This document shows positions 10,291-18,549 of a stretch of DNA of 64,000 nucleotides, one piece after another. The DNA lies in the NCBI GenBank assembly GCA_030650415.1, contig JAUSEG010000005.1:23333-87332 (forward strand). The letters run 5' to 3'. Made by a program: the position numbers and the translations under genes. The notes below the pieces were generated by a model. It searched no databases, had not been told where the DNA came from, and saw only the letters and a list, made by a program, of their open reading frames with translations. This DNA comes from a bacterium. Its GTDB lineage: Bacteria > Patescibacteriota > Patescibacteriia > Patescibacteriales > GWC2-42-12. Every line of letters starts with the position of its first letter. The first letter of the stretch is position 1.

Positions 10291-10728
10291 TCCGGTTAAA
10301 TAATAAAATTATTTAACCTGGATGCTTGACTCGTTTTTTAAATTAAGATCTTGGCAAATCAACCGGAATCCCGCTCCCCCGCGAAAAAAATACGATTTTT
10401 CTGGCTTCGCCAGATCTGGCATAGCCAGACAATTTACGATTTTCGAATTTAGAATTTTAATTCGTAATTCGAAATTCATAATTCGTAATTCCTTCTGGGG
10501 GTTAGCTTGCTGATTTACCTCGTGGCTCGCGACGATCAATCGCGGAGCCGTATCCCGGGACTAGCCCGGGACTAGAAATTTAAAAAACAAGTTGATTAAT
10601 TAGATTGGCAAAGTCTCCATCGAAATGGATCGACCATTTATAACTTTACCGTAACCCGCTTAATGCGGATTAGAGAATTTCTCTCAATTAAGAGATAAAC
10701 TATCTAATCAACACTAATTGTTTAGTAT

Positions 10729-10874
10729 TGTCATTGCGGGCTTGACCCGCAATCCAGATTTAATTTTCAAAAACACATACTAAGAGACAAAACGTTTATA
10801 CTTTTAACTCCTGGATTCCGGCTTCGTCTGCCGGTAGGCAGACTCTCCGCCAGCTGGCGGAGGCCGGAATGACA
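10729..10874. repeat. TGTCAT...ATGACA palindromic element with nested mini-hairpins
   Basis: Inverted arms plus nested CTGCCGGTAGGCAG and TCCGCCAGCTGGCGGA. Confidence 0.88.
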
Positions 10875-10876
10875 GT

Positions 10877-11860
10877 TTACTGTGTACTGCTCGCCGTCTC
10901 GCTCGCGCCTTCAACCTGACCGACTTCAGTCTGATTAATAACTTTGTTTATTTCTCCAAGCTTATCTATGGCACCGTTAAGATTTTTTTCATCCACTAGC
11001 TTTTCCGCTTCGTCAAGCATCTGACCGGCCTGCTGTGAGCCTGCCGAACCAGCCGAATTAGCGTTTTCCGCCGTAGAAGTGGCGGTGGCCTGCTGTGAGC
11101 CTGCCGAATCAGCCGCAATTTGGTTTTCTAAAATTGGCTTAGAGGTGCTAGCCACCGGCTCAACTATTGGCGTTGGTTTAATTTGCCCGTCTGCCTGTCC
11201 GGCCTGCCTGCCGGTAGGCAAGGTAGACCCGCCGACTGGCGTGGCCGATTCGGATATTTCCAGCCTTTGATTATTCTTACCTAAATTAGCGCCAAAAACT
11301 TCTGATTCGGCTTCTTTTGACTTGGCCTGATCGGCGGCAGCCTTAATGACGGACAATCGATTTTTTACTTGGCTGATTTCTTTTTTAAAATTCTGCGATA
11401 GTTTTTCCAGCTTGTCATTATTAACTGTAGCGGTTTGACCCTTATCTTCTAAAACCTGAATCATTTCCTTAGCGCGATTAGTGGCAAACTCAACGCCTAG
11501 TTTGGCCTTATCTTTTTCATCAAAGGTCATAGCGAACTGCGCCCGCTCGCTGATAATTTTCGCGATATATAATGAATCGCCGGGTTTAGTATTTTTTGAG
11601 GCGTAAACGCCGCCGATGCCAACCACTAAAATTAAAACACTGGCTATAGAGGCTAGCCAAACCGGTTTAGCGAAGCTCATTAAAATTTGGCGCGGCATAA
11701 TACTCTCCCAAACTATTCTAATATCCGACTTCGGTTCGAGCTCCGGCTGACCGGCGGAAATTTGGCTAAACAAAATATCCCGATATTCTTTCTGCCAATC
11801 ATTATCGGGTTTAATGCTTTTTAAATTATTTAATTTTTTGAGAAGTTCTTGATCAGTCAT
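10877..11860 (-). CDS. Putative anti-sigma membrane protein (DUF5667-like domain)
   Basis: Directly downstream of the ECF sigma; one TM helix, then PGDSLY..K...E...F...R..E. Confidence 0.7.
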   Translation of the reverse strand: MTDQELLKKLNNLKSIKPDNDWQKEYRDILFSQISAGQPELEPKSDIRIVWESIMPRQILMSFAKPVWLASIASVLILVVGIGGVYASKNTKPGDSLYIAKIISERAQFAMTFDEKDKAKLGVEFATNRAKEMIQVLEDKGQTATVNNDKLEKLSQNFKKEISQVKNRLSVIKAAADQAKSKEAESEVFGANLGKNNQRLEISESATPVGGSTLPTGRQAGQADGQIKPTPIVEPVASTSKPILENQIAADSAGSQQATATSTAENANSAGSAGSQQAGQMLDEAEKLVDEKNLNGAIDKLGEINKVINQTEVGQVEGASETASSTQ

Positions 11861-11867
11861 ATAGTAT

Positions 11868-12091
11868 TGTCATTGCGAGCCGCCCCTGTAATCTGGGCGG
11901 CGCGGTCATCGCTACGCGAGATCTGGCGTAGCCATGACAATCTCTGGTTCAATAGCACAAAACTTAACTATTTTTTTAATGCTCAACACCAATCTAAATT
12001 TATTTTAAAGTAGCATTTCTTAATTTCTTGTTCTTGCCAACTTACCAGAGATTGCTTCGTCTCCGCCAGCTGGCGGATCCTCGCAATGACA
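11868..12091. repeat. TGTCAT...ATGACA palindromic element with nested cassettes
   Basis: Arms as at 4551, with a 32-bp and a 16-bp insert. Confidence 0.9.
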
Positions 12092-12096
12092 GGAAT

Positions 12097-12678
12097 TCAA
12101 GTATTTAAATTTATTTTTTCATCTTGGCTTAAAAGTCCTTTTAGGGCGTTCAAAGACCGATAAATTAAAATTCTAACATTGCCTCTTGATTTGTCTAAAA
12201 CCTCGGCGATTTCTTTAATGGAAAGTTCGTTGATAAAACGCAAAATTATTATTTCGCGATATTCGTCTTTCAACTCCGGTAATTTAGATTCTAAAACCAA
12301 GAGATCGGCTTTAAATTCCATGTCATAATGCGGACTCTGCTTTTCGTCGGCGACTTTAATTCCGTTTTCATCATCCAGACTAACGGTTTCTCGGCCCTTG
12401 GTTTTTCGGTAATGATCAATAATCAAATTTCTGGAAATTTTATAGAGCAGGGCCTTCAGCGTTTTATAATCCTTCAAATTATCTTTCAAAATATAATGCC
12501 AGGTCTTTAGAAACACGGCTGAACATAAATCCTCCGCCTCCTCGCGATTGCCTACCTTGAAATAAATAAATCGATACAGTTGATCAACATATAAATCATA
12601 AGCTCTAACAAAGGCATTTTTATCATTTTGCTTTATCTTATGCAGCAATAGTTTTTCTTCAATCTTGCCTATCTTCAT
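12097..12678 (-). CDS. ECF sigma-70 family RNA polymerase sigma factor
   Basis: Region 2 (EEAEDL..VFLK.W; LYKISRNLIIDHYRK) and region 4 (LSIKEIAEVL..SRGNVR....R). Confidence 0.93.
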   Translation of the reverse strand: MKIGKIEEKLLLHKIKQNDKNAFVRAYDLYVDQLYRFIYFKVGNREEAEDLCSAVFLKTWHYILKDNLKDYKTLKALLYKISRNLIIDHYRKTKGRETVSLDDENGIKVADEKQSPHYDMEFKADLLVLESKLPELKDEYREIIILRFINELSIKEIAEVLDKSRGNVRILIYRSLNALKGLLSQDEKINLNT

Positions 12679-12712
12679 TTAATTATACGTAAAAATTAGA
12701 GTATTGTTACAG

Positions 12713-12920
12713 TTTACCCCGTGAAATAGCTTCGCACCCCGTTAAAACGGGGATTTCATGGGGTGAACCCCGTGAAATTGCTTCGCACCCCGTTAAAACG
12801 GGGATTTCATGGGGTGAACCCCGTGAAATTACTTCGCACCCCGTTAAAACGGGGATTTCATGGGGTGAACCCCGTGAAATTACTTCGCACCCCGTTAAAA
12901 CGGGGATTTCACGGGGCAAA
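12713..12920. repeat. Four tandem copies of a 51-bp palindromic unit
   Basis: Units start at 12716, 12767, 12818 and 12869: ACCCCGTGAAATwrCTTCGCACCCCGTTAAAACGGGGATTTCAyGGGGyrA. Confidence 0.95.
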
Positions 12921-13062
12921 TAAAAAAATAATCGTAGTAAACGAAAATAATTTGCTAAAATAAGCTATTTTTTTCTCATGCGGGATTCCGTCCAGCTGGA
13001 GAATAAATATATTGATTATAATAACATATAGATAAGCGAAAAGCAATAAAAACTCTCACAAT

Positions 13063-13186
13063 TGTCATTCTGGCCTACGAGCCGGAATCCAGAGTTCAAT
13101 AGCAAAGACGTTAATCATTCAACGTTCTTTAATAATTCACATTCCTACGGCTCACTCCTGGATTGCGGGTCAAGCCCGCAATGACA
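13063..13186. repeat. TGTCAT...ATGACA palindromic element
   Basis: Right arm CTGGATTGCGGGTCAAGCCCGCAATGACA is the reverse complement of the left arm at 10729. Confidence 0.88.
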
Positions 13187-13236
13187 TGTGGGTGTCTTGC
13201 ATTATTAAAAATAATGTGCAAAAATGTAGGTAACTT

Positions 13237-13390
13237 ACTTTAGTCTAGGTTGGCGTGGACTTAAATCATTATTTAAATAATAATACTTTAGTCTACAGTA
13301 GCGTGGACTTAAAGTTAACTACTCATAAACCCTAGCACCTTTTAAAAGGTGTCTGGGTAAACTTAAGTCTACAGTAGCGTAGACTTAACT
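13237..13390. promoter_or_regulatory. Three copies of an operator-like inverted repeat (TTAAGTCTAC-N6-GTAGACTTAA)
   Basis: Copies near 13237, 13285 and 13361; the last is a perfect 10-6-10 and ends 8 nt before the HTH gene start. Confidence 0.65.
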
Positions 13391-13396
13391 CCTAAA

Positions 13397-13705
13397 ATGA
13401 CACAAGATCAACTTAACCTAATAAACGACAATAAAATAAAAGCAGATGATACTGCTGATCAGGTTTTAAATAATGAAATTATTAAACCAATTTGGATTTC
13501 CGTTTCCGAGGGCGCCAAACTTGGCGGAGTGCAAACTAAAACTATTCGCCGCGCTATTCAATATAATTATGTTAAATACAAAATAGTTAGCAATCGTTAT
13601 TTAATTGACTTCCCTACTTTGATCACCTATTTGCACACTAAAACCAAGCTCAAAAATAAATTAAACCAATTCGGCCTAGGCCAATATGTGGATAAGTGGA
13701 AATAA
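13397..13705 (+). CDS. Small helix-turn-helix DNA-binding protein (excisionase/HTH_17-like)
   Basis: WISVSEGAKLGGVQTKTIRRAI...KY...RYLID pattern. Confidence 0.75.
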   Translation: MTQDQLNLINDNKIKADDTADQVLNNEIIKPIWISVSEGAKLGGVQTKTIRRAIQYNYVKYKIVSNRYLIDFPTLITYLHTKTKLKNKLNQFGLGQYVDKWK

Positions 13706-13708
13706 TTA

Positions 13709-13792
13709 TGTCATTCTGGAGGGAGCGTCAGCGACCGATAGAATCTCATGGGATCCTATTGCTTCTCCGCCAGCTGGCGGATCGCAATGACA
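13709..13792. repeat. TGTCAT...ATGACA palindromic element
   Basis: Inverted termini with nested TCCGCCAGCTGGCGGA. Confidence 0.85.
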
Positions 13793-13847
13793 TAAATATT
13801 TATCACCCCTTAACCGGGGTTTTTTATTTGACAGCTACTAATAAATA

Positions 13848-13876
13848 TTGCCCTGTGGATAAAAATTTGCTATAAT
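13848..13876 (+). promoter_or_regulatory. Sigma70-type promoter with a DnaA-box match in its spacer
   Basis: TTGCCC-17 nt-TATAAT with extended TG; TGTGGATAA at 13854-13862. Confidence 0.55.
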
Positions 13877-14227
13877 AAAAACATAAACAAAACTTATCCC
13901 CACCTTTCGGAGGATAAACCCCAGGCTTATGTTTTGTTACTGCAGTCATTTTTTTCAACTAAATTTGAATGGGATTTTTATATAAAAATCGGCTGACTTT
14001 TGTTGTCGATTTTTTGTTTTCAAAAATAACTATTTATCAACCAATGCTGTAAAAAGTCGAACGCCCTTAAACCGGCGTACAGCATAAAACATTTGATAAA
14101 TTAAATTAATAATAAAATCTCCATGCCTAGGCATAGGCGCGTAGATAAATAAAAAAAGTAAAAATTAATATTCTGTTAGGCCTAAATATTAATTTTTATT
14201 AATTAAATTTAAGAAATTAAAAAGACT

Positions 14228-15016
14228 ATGAAAAAATTAATTAAATCAAAACTGTTTCTGCAGGTAATTGTCGCCTCCATGGTTGCCACGTTGGCCACGG
14301 CTGGAATTGTCGGCGCCGTTTCTACAATCGGAGCCAACATTAGTACTGCCGGAACTTTAAATGTAGATTCAGGCACTCTCTATGTCGGCACAACTGATCG
14401 GGTCGGCATCGGCACAACCACGCCATTCGCGAGCTTATCCATTAATAACATCAGCGGCGACAATGCCTTGGTTATCGGTTCGTCCACCGCCACCTGGCTA
14501 AAGGTTGACGCTTCCGGCTTATTGACGGTTGCCAAAGGCGCGACTTTCTCAGATACTCTGGCCGTCACCGGAGCCGCGACTCTTTCCAGCACTTTAGCAT
14601 CCGGCGCGCTTACAGTTACCGGAGCTGCTACTATTTCGACCACTTTAGGCGTAACCGGTGATCTTTCTTTTGTCAACGCTTCATCTACCGGCACAACCAA
14701 ACTTTCAGTAATTACCTCCGACACCGGATCAATTAGCTTTAGCAATGAAAACCTAACCACTACCGGCAATCTGGCTTTCGCCACGGCTTCTTCCACCGGC
14801 CAGGTAAAAGTAGATACTCTGGGCGTAGCTTCCACTACTCCTGCTAATGGATATCAATTAAGCGTTGGCAATGGGGCGTCAGCCAGCTCAACTGTCAGTA
14901 TGGGTAAATTCTGTATGTTTGCCGGACAGGAAGATGGAACAATGGTCTATATCAGATTAAGTTCTACGGCAGCTAATAATTCGCCGTTCGCCACCTCAAC
15001 CATTCCGTGTAATTAG
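14228..15016 (+). CDS. Secreted/surface Thr-Ser-rich protein
   Basis: Hydrophobic N-terminus, RVGIGTTTP motif, VTGAAT repeats. Confidence 0.7.
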   Translation: MKKLIKSKLFLQVIVASMVATLATAGIVGAVSTIGANISTAGTLNVDSGTLYVGTTDRVGIGTTTPFASLSINNISGDNALVIGSSTATWLKVDASGLLTVAKGATFSDTLAVTGAATLSSTLASGALTVTGAATISTTLGVTGDLSFVNASSTGTTKLSVITSDTGSISFSNENLTTTGNLAFATASSTGQVKVDTLGVASTTPANGYQLSVGNGASASSTVSMGKFCMFAGQEDGTMVYIRLSSTAANNSPFATSTIPCN

Positions 15017-15050
15017 TAATTTATAAAGCCAAATTAATTAATTAAACTCT

Positions 15051-16523
15051 ATGAAAAAAATTCTAGTGATAACTGTCTTGGCTTTATTCTTGGCTACTCT
15101 GTCGGTTCTGGCGGTGACAGACTCGGATTTCACGGCTGACGATAATGTTGCCGTCACCTTGAATCTTAACGGCGTTGCCGGTGCCACCGAAGCTACTTTA
15201 ATGATTAAAAGCGGCTCTGAAGCGCGCAGTTTGGTAATTAACAGCATCGGCACTCTTGATATAGTTAACGCCAGTAGTACCTCTTTTAAGCTCTATTCAA
15301 CCGATACTAACGCCGGAGCCATTAAAGTCGCGAGTTCCACTACGCTGGTTAGCTGTACCGACTTCGCGGATGCTACTTTAAGCAGTCCGGTTACCATCGC
15401 CTCAAGCACCATGTACATTTCCACTTCCACTATTACTCTGATTGACCTGGATAATGCCCTGACCTATAATGATTCTTGCGGCGCGGCTTCATGCGATGTT
15501 GGTTATAGTCCATCAGGATCAAACGCAGACGCGACTTGCGTTCGCAATACTGGCGGTTCTAACCCGCCCAGCGGAGGAAGTCCTAGTCCAGTTACTTGCA
15601 CATCCGTAGTTTATGATATCTGGCAGACCGCCTGCACCAGCGGCTGGCAATACCGCAACGTTACATCGCAAAGCCCATCCGGCTGTACTTTAACCACCGC
15701 CCAAGAGAATGACAAAAAGAAGTCATGTACTGCTGCTGCTTGCACCTCCGTAGTTTATACTGACTGGCAAACCGCCTGCACCAGCGGCTGGAGATACCGC
15801 ACCGTTACATCGCAAAGTCCGTCCGGCTGTGCCTTAACTACCGCCCAAGAGAATGACAAGAAAAAAGCCTGCGTCTCCCCCGCCACTCCGGCGACTCCGG
15901 CAACGCCTGCTACGCCAGCTCAAGCCGCCGACCAGATAAAGAATATCGTCGCTGAAGCCGCGACGATCGCCGGACGCAGTGTTGAATCGGTCTTAGCTGC
16001 TGTCGGCGCGATGCAAGACGCCAAAGCCGAAGCCGCGGCCGAAAAAAAATATACTAATAGTTTAGTCAGCGGTTTAAAAAACATCACAGCCGAAATTAAA
16101 TCAGCCATCACCAACTTCATAAATTACGGCACCCCGACCACCCTAAAATTAGGCGCGGGCGAAAGAGCCGGCGTAATTAGTTCTTATAGAGCCGCTTTCG
16201 GCAAAGTGCCGGCTACCGAAACTGAATGGTCTGATGCGATTAAAATCGCTAATGGCCGCTGGCCAACCGCCAGAAGCGCCGCCGCCGAAGCTCAAGCTAA
16301 AGTTGAATTTAAGAAAGTTTACAAGCGAACACCGAATATGAATCAAACTAATGACAACGCCGCGGTTACCGTAATTTCTTATGGCTTAAGGCCGGGCAAC
16401 AGAAATCTGAATAGCGAAAAAGCCGCCATTAAAAGCTTTAAAGCGATTTATGGCCACGCGCCAGTGTCAGCAATAGCCTGGGATATCGTACGCGCTATCG
16501 CCTACTCAGGAGCAACCAGATAA
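15051..16523 (+). CDS. Secreted protein with a duplicated Cys/Trp-rich module and a PAT linker
   Basis: Signal peptide; two Cys-rich repeats with a 48-aa period; PATPATPATPA linker; helical C-terminal domain. Confidence 0.75.
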   Translation: MKKILVITVLALFLATLSVLAVTDSDFTADDNVAVTLNLNGVAGATEATLMIKSGSEARSLVINSIGTLDIVNASSTSFKLYSTDTNAGAIKVASSTTLVSCTDFADATLSSPVTIASSTMYISTSTITLIDLDNALTYNDSCGAASCDVGYSPSGSNADATCVRNTGGSNPPSGGSPSPVTCTSVVYDIWQTACTSGWQYRNVTSQSPSGCTLTTAQENDKKKSCTAAACTSVVYTDWQTACTSGWRYRTVTSQSPSGCALTTAQENDKKKACVSPATPATPATPATPAQAADQIKNIVAEAATIAGRSVESVLAAVGAMQDAKAEAAAEKKYTNSLVSGLKNITAEIKSAITNFINYGTPTTLKLGAGERAGVISSYRAAFGKVPATETEWSDAIKIANGRWPTARSAAAEAQAKVEFKKVYKRTPNMNQTNDNAAVTVISYGLRPGNRNLNSEKAAIKSFKAIYGHAPVSAIAWDIVRAIAYSGATR

Positions 16524-16624
16524 TAGGCCAATACAGATAAACCCCCCACCAAATTTTGGTGGGGGGGTTTTAGTTTACAAGGATCCTTGAAGCGCCTAGC
16601 CAAACTTATCAAATTCCAAAAACT

Positions 16625-16657
16625 AAAAATACCTCGGCTAATGCCGAGGTATTTTTT
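16625..16657. terminator. Bidirectional rho-independent terminator
   Basis: AAAAATACCTCGGC-TAAT-GCCGAGGTATTTTTT between convergent genes. Confidence 0.8.
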
Positions 16658-16674
16658 ATGGTTAAAACAGAAAT

Positions 16675-16956
16675 TTATAAAACCGCTTCTTTGGCCGCTT
16701 TAGCCACTCTGAATTTAACTACTGTCTTGGCCTTAATCTGAATGGATTCACCGGTCGCCGGGTTTCTGCCCATTCTGGCCGCGCGGTTGATTTTAACCAA
16801 TTTACCCAATCCCGGGATAACGAATTCGCCATTCTTTTTAACCTCTTTCAAGGCTAAAATGGCTAACTTCTCCATAAAACTTCCGACATCCTTCTTAGTC
16901 ATGCCGGTCTCGCCCGCCATAGCGTCTAACAATTGAGACTTTGTCAATTTTGACAT
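16675..16956 (-). CDS. hup: HU family DNA-binding protein
   Basis: RAARMGRNPATGE.I.I.AK.VVKF signature. Confidence 0.95.
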   Translation of the reverse strand: MSKLTKSQLLDAMAGETGMTKKDVGSFMEKLAILALKEVKKNGEFVIPGLGKLVKINRAARMGRNPATGESIQIKAKTVVKFRVAKAAKEAVL

Positions 16957-17269
16957 AATTTTTATGGGGTTGTTGCCAAATGCTCTTTCGGATATAAATT
17001 TTCACAATTTCGAGGAAATTTTTTATAAAATTTTTGAGGCGATATATTATATCGGCGAGGAAATTTTAGATAAAAATTTACCGAAATTTGGAAATTTAGG
17101 CCGAATACGGCATTCGGCGACGACCCCCGGTTACCCCTGCTTAAGCAGAGGAGTTATTATAAATTGTTAATAAAGACTTATATCTATTAGACATTATACA
17201 CCATCTAATAAAAAAAGCCAATAAATCCGCACATCTATGTATAGGTGTGGGGATAAATACAATGCTTTG

Positions 17270-17340
17270 CACGGGATGTAGGAATCGAACCTACGCTAGA
17301 GGATTTGGAGGCCTCTGTACTACCATTATACTAATCCCGC
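17270..17340 (-). tRNA. tRNA-Trp(CCA)
   Basis: Cloverleaf GCGGGAT...ATCCCGT-G73, anticodon loop CTCCAAA, T-loop TTCGATT; C31-U39 mismatch; CCA end not encoded. Confidence 0.88.
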
Positions 17341-17350
17341 ATGCGCAACT

Positions 17351-17456
17351 GGCCGTCGGAGGAATGTTGGTTTTGAGCGCATACGAAATTGTAGTATTTT
17401 TTAAAGAAAATGCCCAAATTTCGTCTAAGCGAAAAACCAACATTCCTCCGACGGCC
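17351..17456. repeat. Long structured hairpin element, related to 24681-24828
   Basis: 24-bp perfect outer stem; core GAGCGCATACRAAATTG...TGCCCAAATTTYGTCT shared with the second copy. Confidence 0.8.
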
Positions 17457-17683
17457 AAACTACCCTAATCAATATTTTTAAGCGCGTAAACACTTTTATT
17501 TAGTTTCTTTGTGGCTGGTATGCTCTTTGCAATGTAAGCAAAACTTTTTAAGTTCCAATCTATTTTTCAAAGTTTTCTTGTTCTTTTTCGAAAAATAATT
17601 GACACGCTTGCAAACGGTGCATTCCAACTTGATCAAATTATCCTGTGACATAAGGTTATTTTATGATTATAATTAATTTATTA

Positions 17684-18064
17684 TTAGATTTTCCATAATC
17701 CATGCAAATTGCAATAGGCGCGAACCTCTATTACTTCGCCCTCAACCGTAAAATCCGCTCTGGCCTGGCGATCCAATTCCGGCTTTAAATATTTTTTATA
17801 AACACGGCTAGTCGTTAAAATTTCAATCCATTCAATATAGTGAGCGGCTTCCATCGGATGCTCGGCCGAACCGACCTTAACCGTTACTTTATCGCCAACC
17901 GCTTCCATAACCGGCACATGTTTTTCCAGCGAAGCGTCAACGGTATTTTCAACTTGCAAAACCATGGGCTGGCCGCAGCAAACTAAAGTACCCTTGCCTT
18001 CATGAACTACCTCAATTATATTGCCGCAATCAGCGCATTTATAAACTTGGTTTAAAATAGTCAT
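17684..18064 (-). CDS. dfx: Desulfoferrodoxin (superoxide reductase)
   Basis: CxxC...CCGQPM, EKHVP, HPM..HYI and CNLHGLW motifs; probable start MTILNQ. Confidence 0.95.
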   Translation of the reverse strand: MTILNQVYKCADCGNIIEVVHEGKGTLVCCGQPMVLQVENTVDASLEKHVPVMEAVGDKVTVKVGSAEHPMEAAHYIEWIEILTTSRVYKKYLKPELDRQARADFTVEGEVIEVRAYCNLHGLWKI

Positions 18065-18142
18065 ATTTTTTAAATTTAATTTTAAACGTGAAAACCGCCA
18101 TGGCGACTGAAACAAAATTTTACCAGGTCGTAAACAAACCAG

Positions 18143-18225
18143 TGGATGGGGAAGGATTTGAACCTTCGAAGGCGTGAGCCAACAGATTTACAGTCTGTCC
18201 CATTTGACCGCTTTGGTACCCATCC
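18143..18225 (-). tRNA. tRNA-Tyr(GTA)
   Basis: GGATGGG...CCCATCC-A; anticodon arm ACAGA-CTGTAAA-TCTGT; long variable arm. Confidence 0.95.
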
Positions 18226-18277
18226 AATATATAGGTACTGTCGCCGAATAATTTTTCGGATATAGTACCGTCTAATG

Positions 18278-18549
18278 AGCCGTTGCGCGGAATTGAACCG
18301 CGGACCTACTCCTTCATTTACACCTCTTTTTGTTAAACACATATAAGAGGATTAGACTGTATCTTAGGCATGTTCTATTACTAGAATTTAGCCTCCCTTG
18401 TCAGTCGTTCGAGCGCTTTTACGCGCTACGGTCTTAGCCTTGTGTCGGCCTTTAACCGTGATTCGAGATTCAATAGAAAATTTATTCTCTAAGGGGCAGG
18501 AGTCAAATGACCCACCATGGAGTTGCTCTACCAGCTGAGCTACAACGGC
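18278..18549 (-). tRNA. tRNA-Thr(GGT), intron-containing (exons 18549-18514 and 18314-18278)
   Basis: Joined exons give a perfect cloverleaf: GCCGTTG TA GCTC AGCTGGTA GAGC A ACTCC ATGGT^AA GGAGT AGGTC CGCGG TTCAATT CCGCG CAACGGC T. Confidence 0.93.
18315..18513 (-). ncRNA. Group I self-splicing intron (199 nt, no ORF) at tRNA position 36/37
   Basis: Exon U before the 5' splice site; terminal G; P7 GACUG/CAGUC; S element AAGAUACAGUCU; P3 CCCUU/AAGGG; P8; P9; P1 U.G pair; P10 ACUCCU/AGGAGU. Confidence 0.9.

Noticed and set aside
10309..10539. ORFs 10309-10539 and 10322-10513, and similar short ORFs at 23764, 30351, 50505, 54573 and 57275
   Set aside because: They coincide with heptamer arrays or palindromic elements and have no protein-like features
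10592..10711. c-di-GMP or other known riboswitch
   Set aside because: The partial GGCAAA...GAAA resemblance is on the non-coding strand and lacks the rest of the consensus
12713..12920. CRISPR array
   Set aside because: Units are contiguous and near-identical with no unique spacers, and there are no cas genes in the window
12707..12963. Repetitive ORFs 12707-12919 and 12763-12963
   Set aside because: Translations of the 51-bp repeat, which stays open because 51 is divisible by 3
13237..13390. Mini-CRISPR
   Set aside because: Only three divergent copies with very unequal gaps (about 19 and 45 nt); fits operator-like sites better
13397..13705. Prophage or integrative element marked by an excisionase
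   Set aside because: No integrase, phage structural gene or att pair nearby
13687..13902. Replication origin
   Set aside because: Only three boxes, no dnaA or dnaN nearby, and no lasting switch in gene orientation
17270..17340. Recoding (UGA to Gly) or suppressor tRNA
   Set aside because: Anticodon is CCA with a G73 discriminator; TGA ends genes here (ECF sigma, 52909 ORF) and long genes read intact in code 11
17247..17468. 73-aa ORF
   Set aside because: Antisense to tRNA-Trp and a hairpin element
18082..18342. 86-aa ORF
   Set aside because: Overlaps tRNA-Tyr, the tRNA-Thr 3' exon and the intron end
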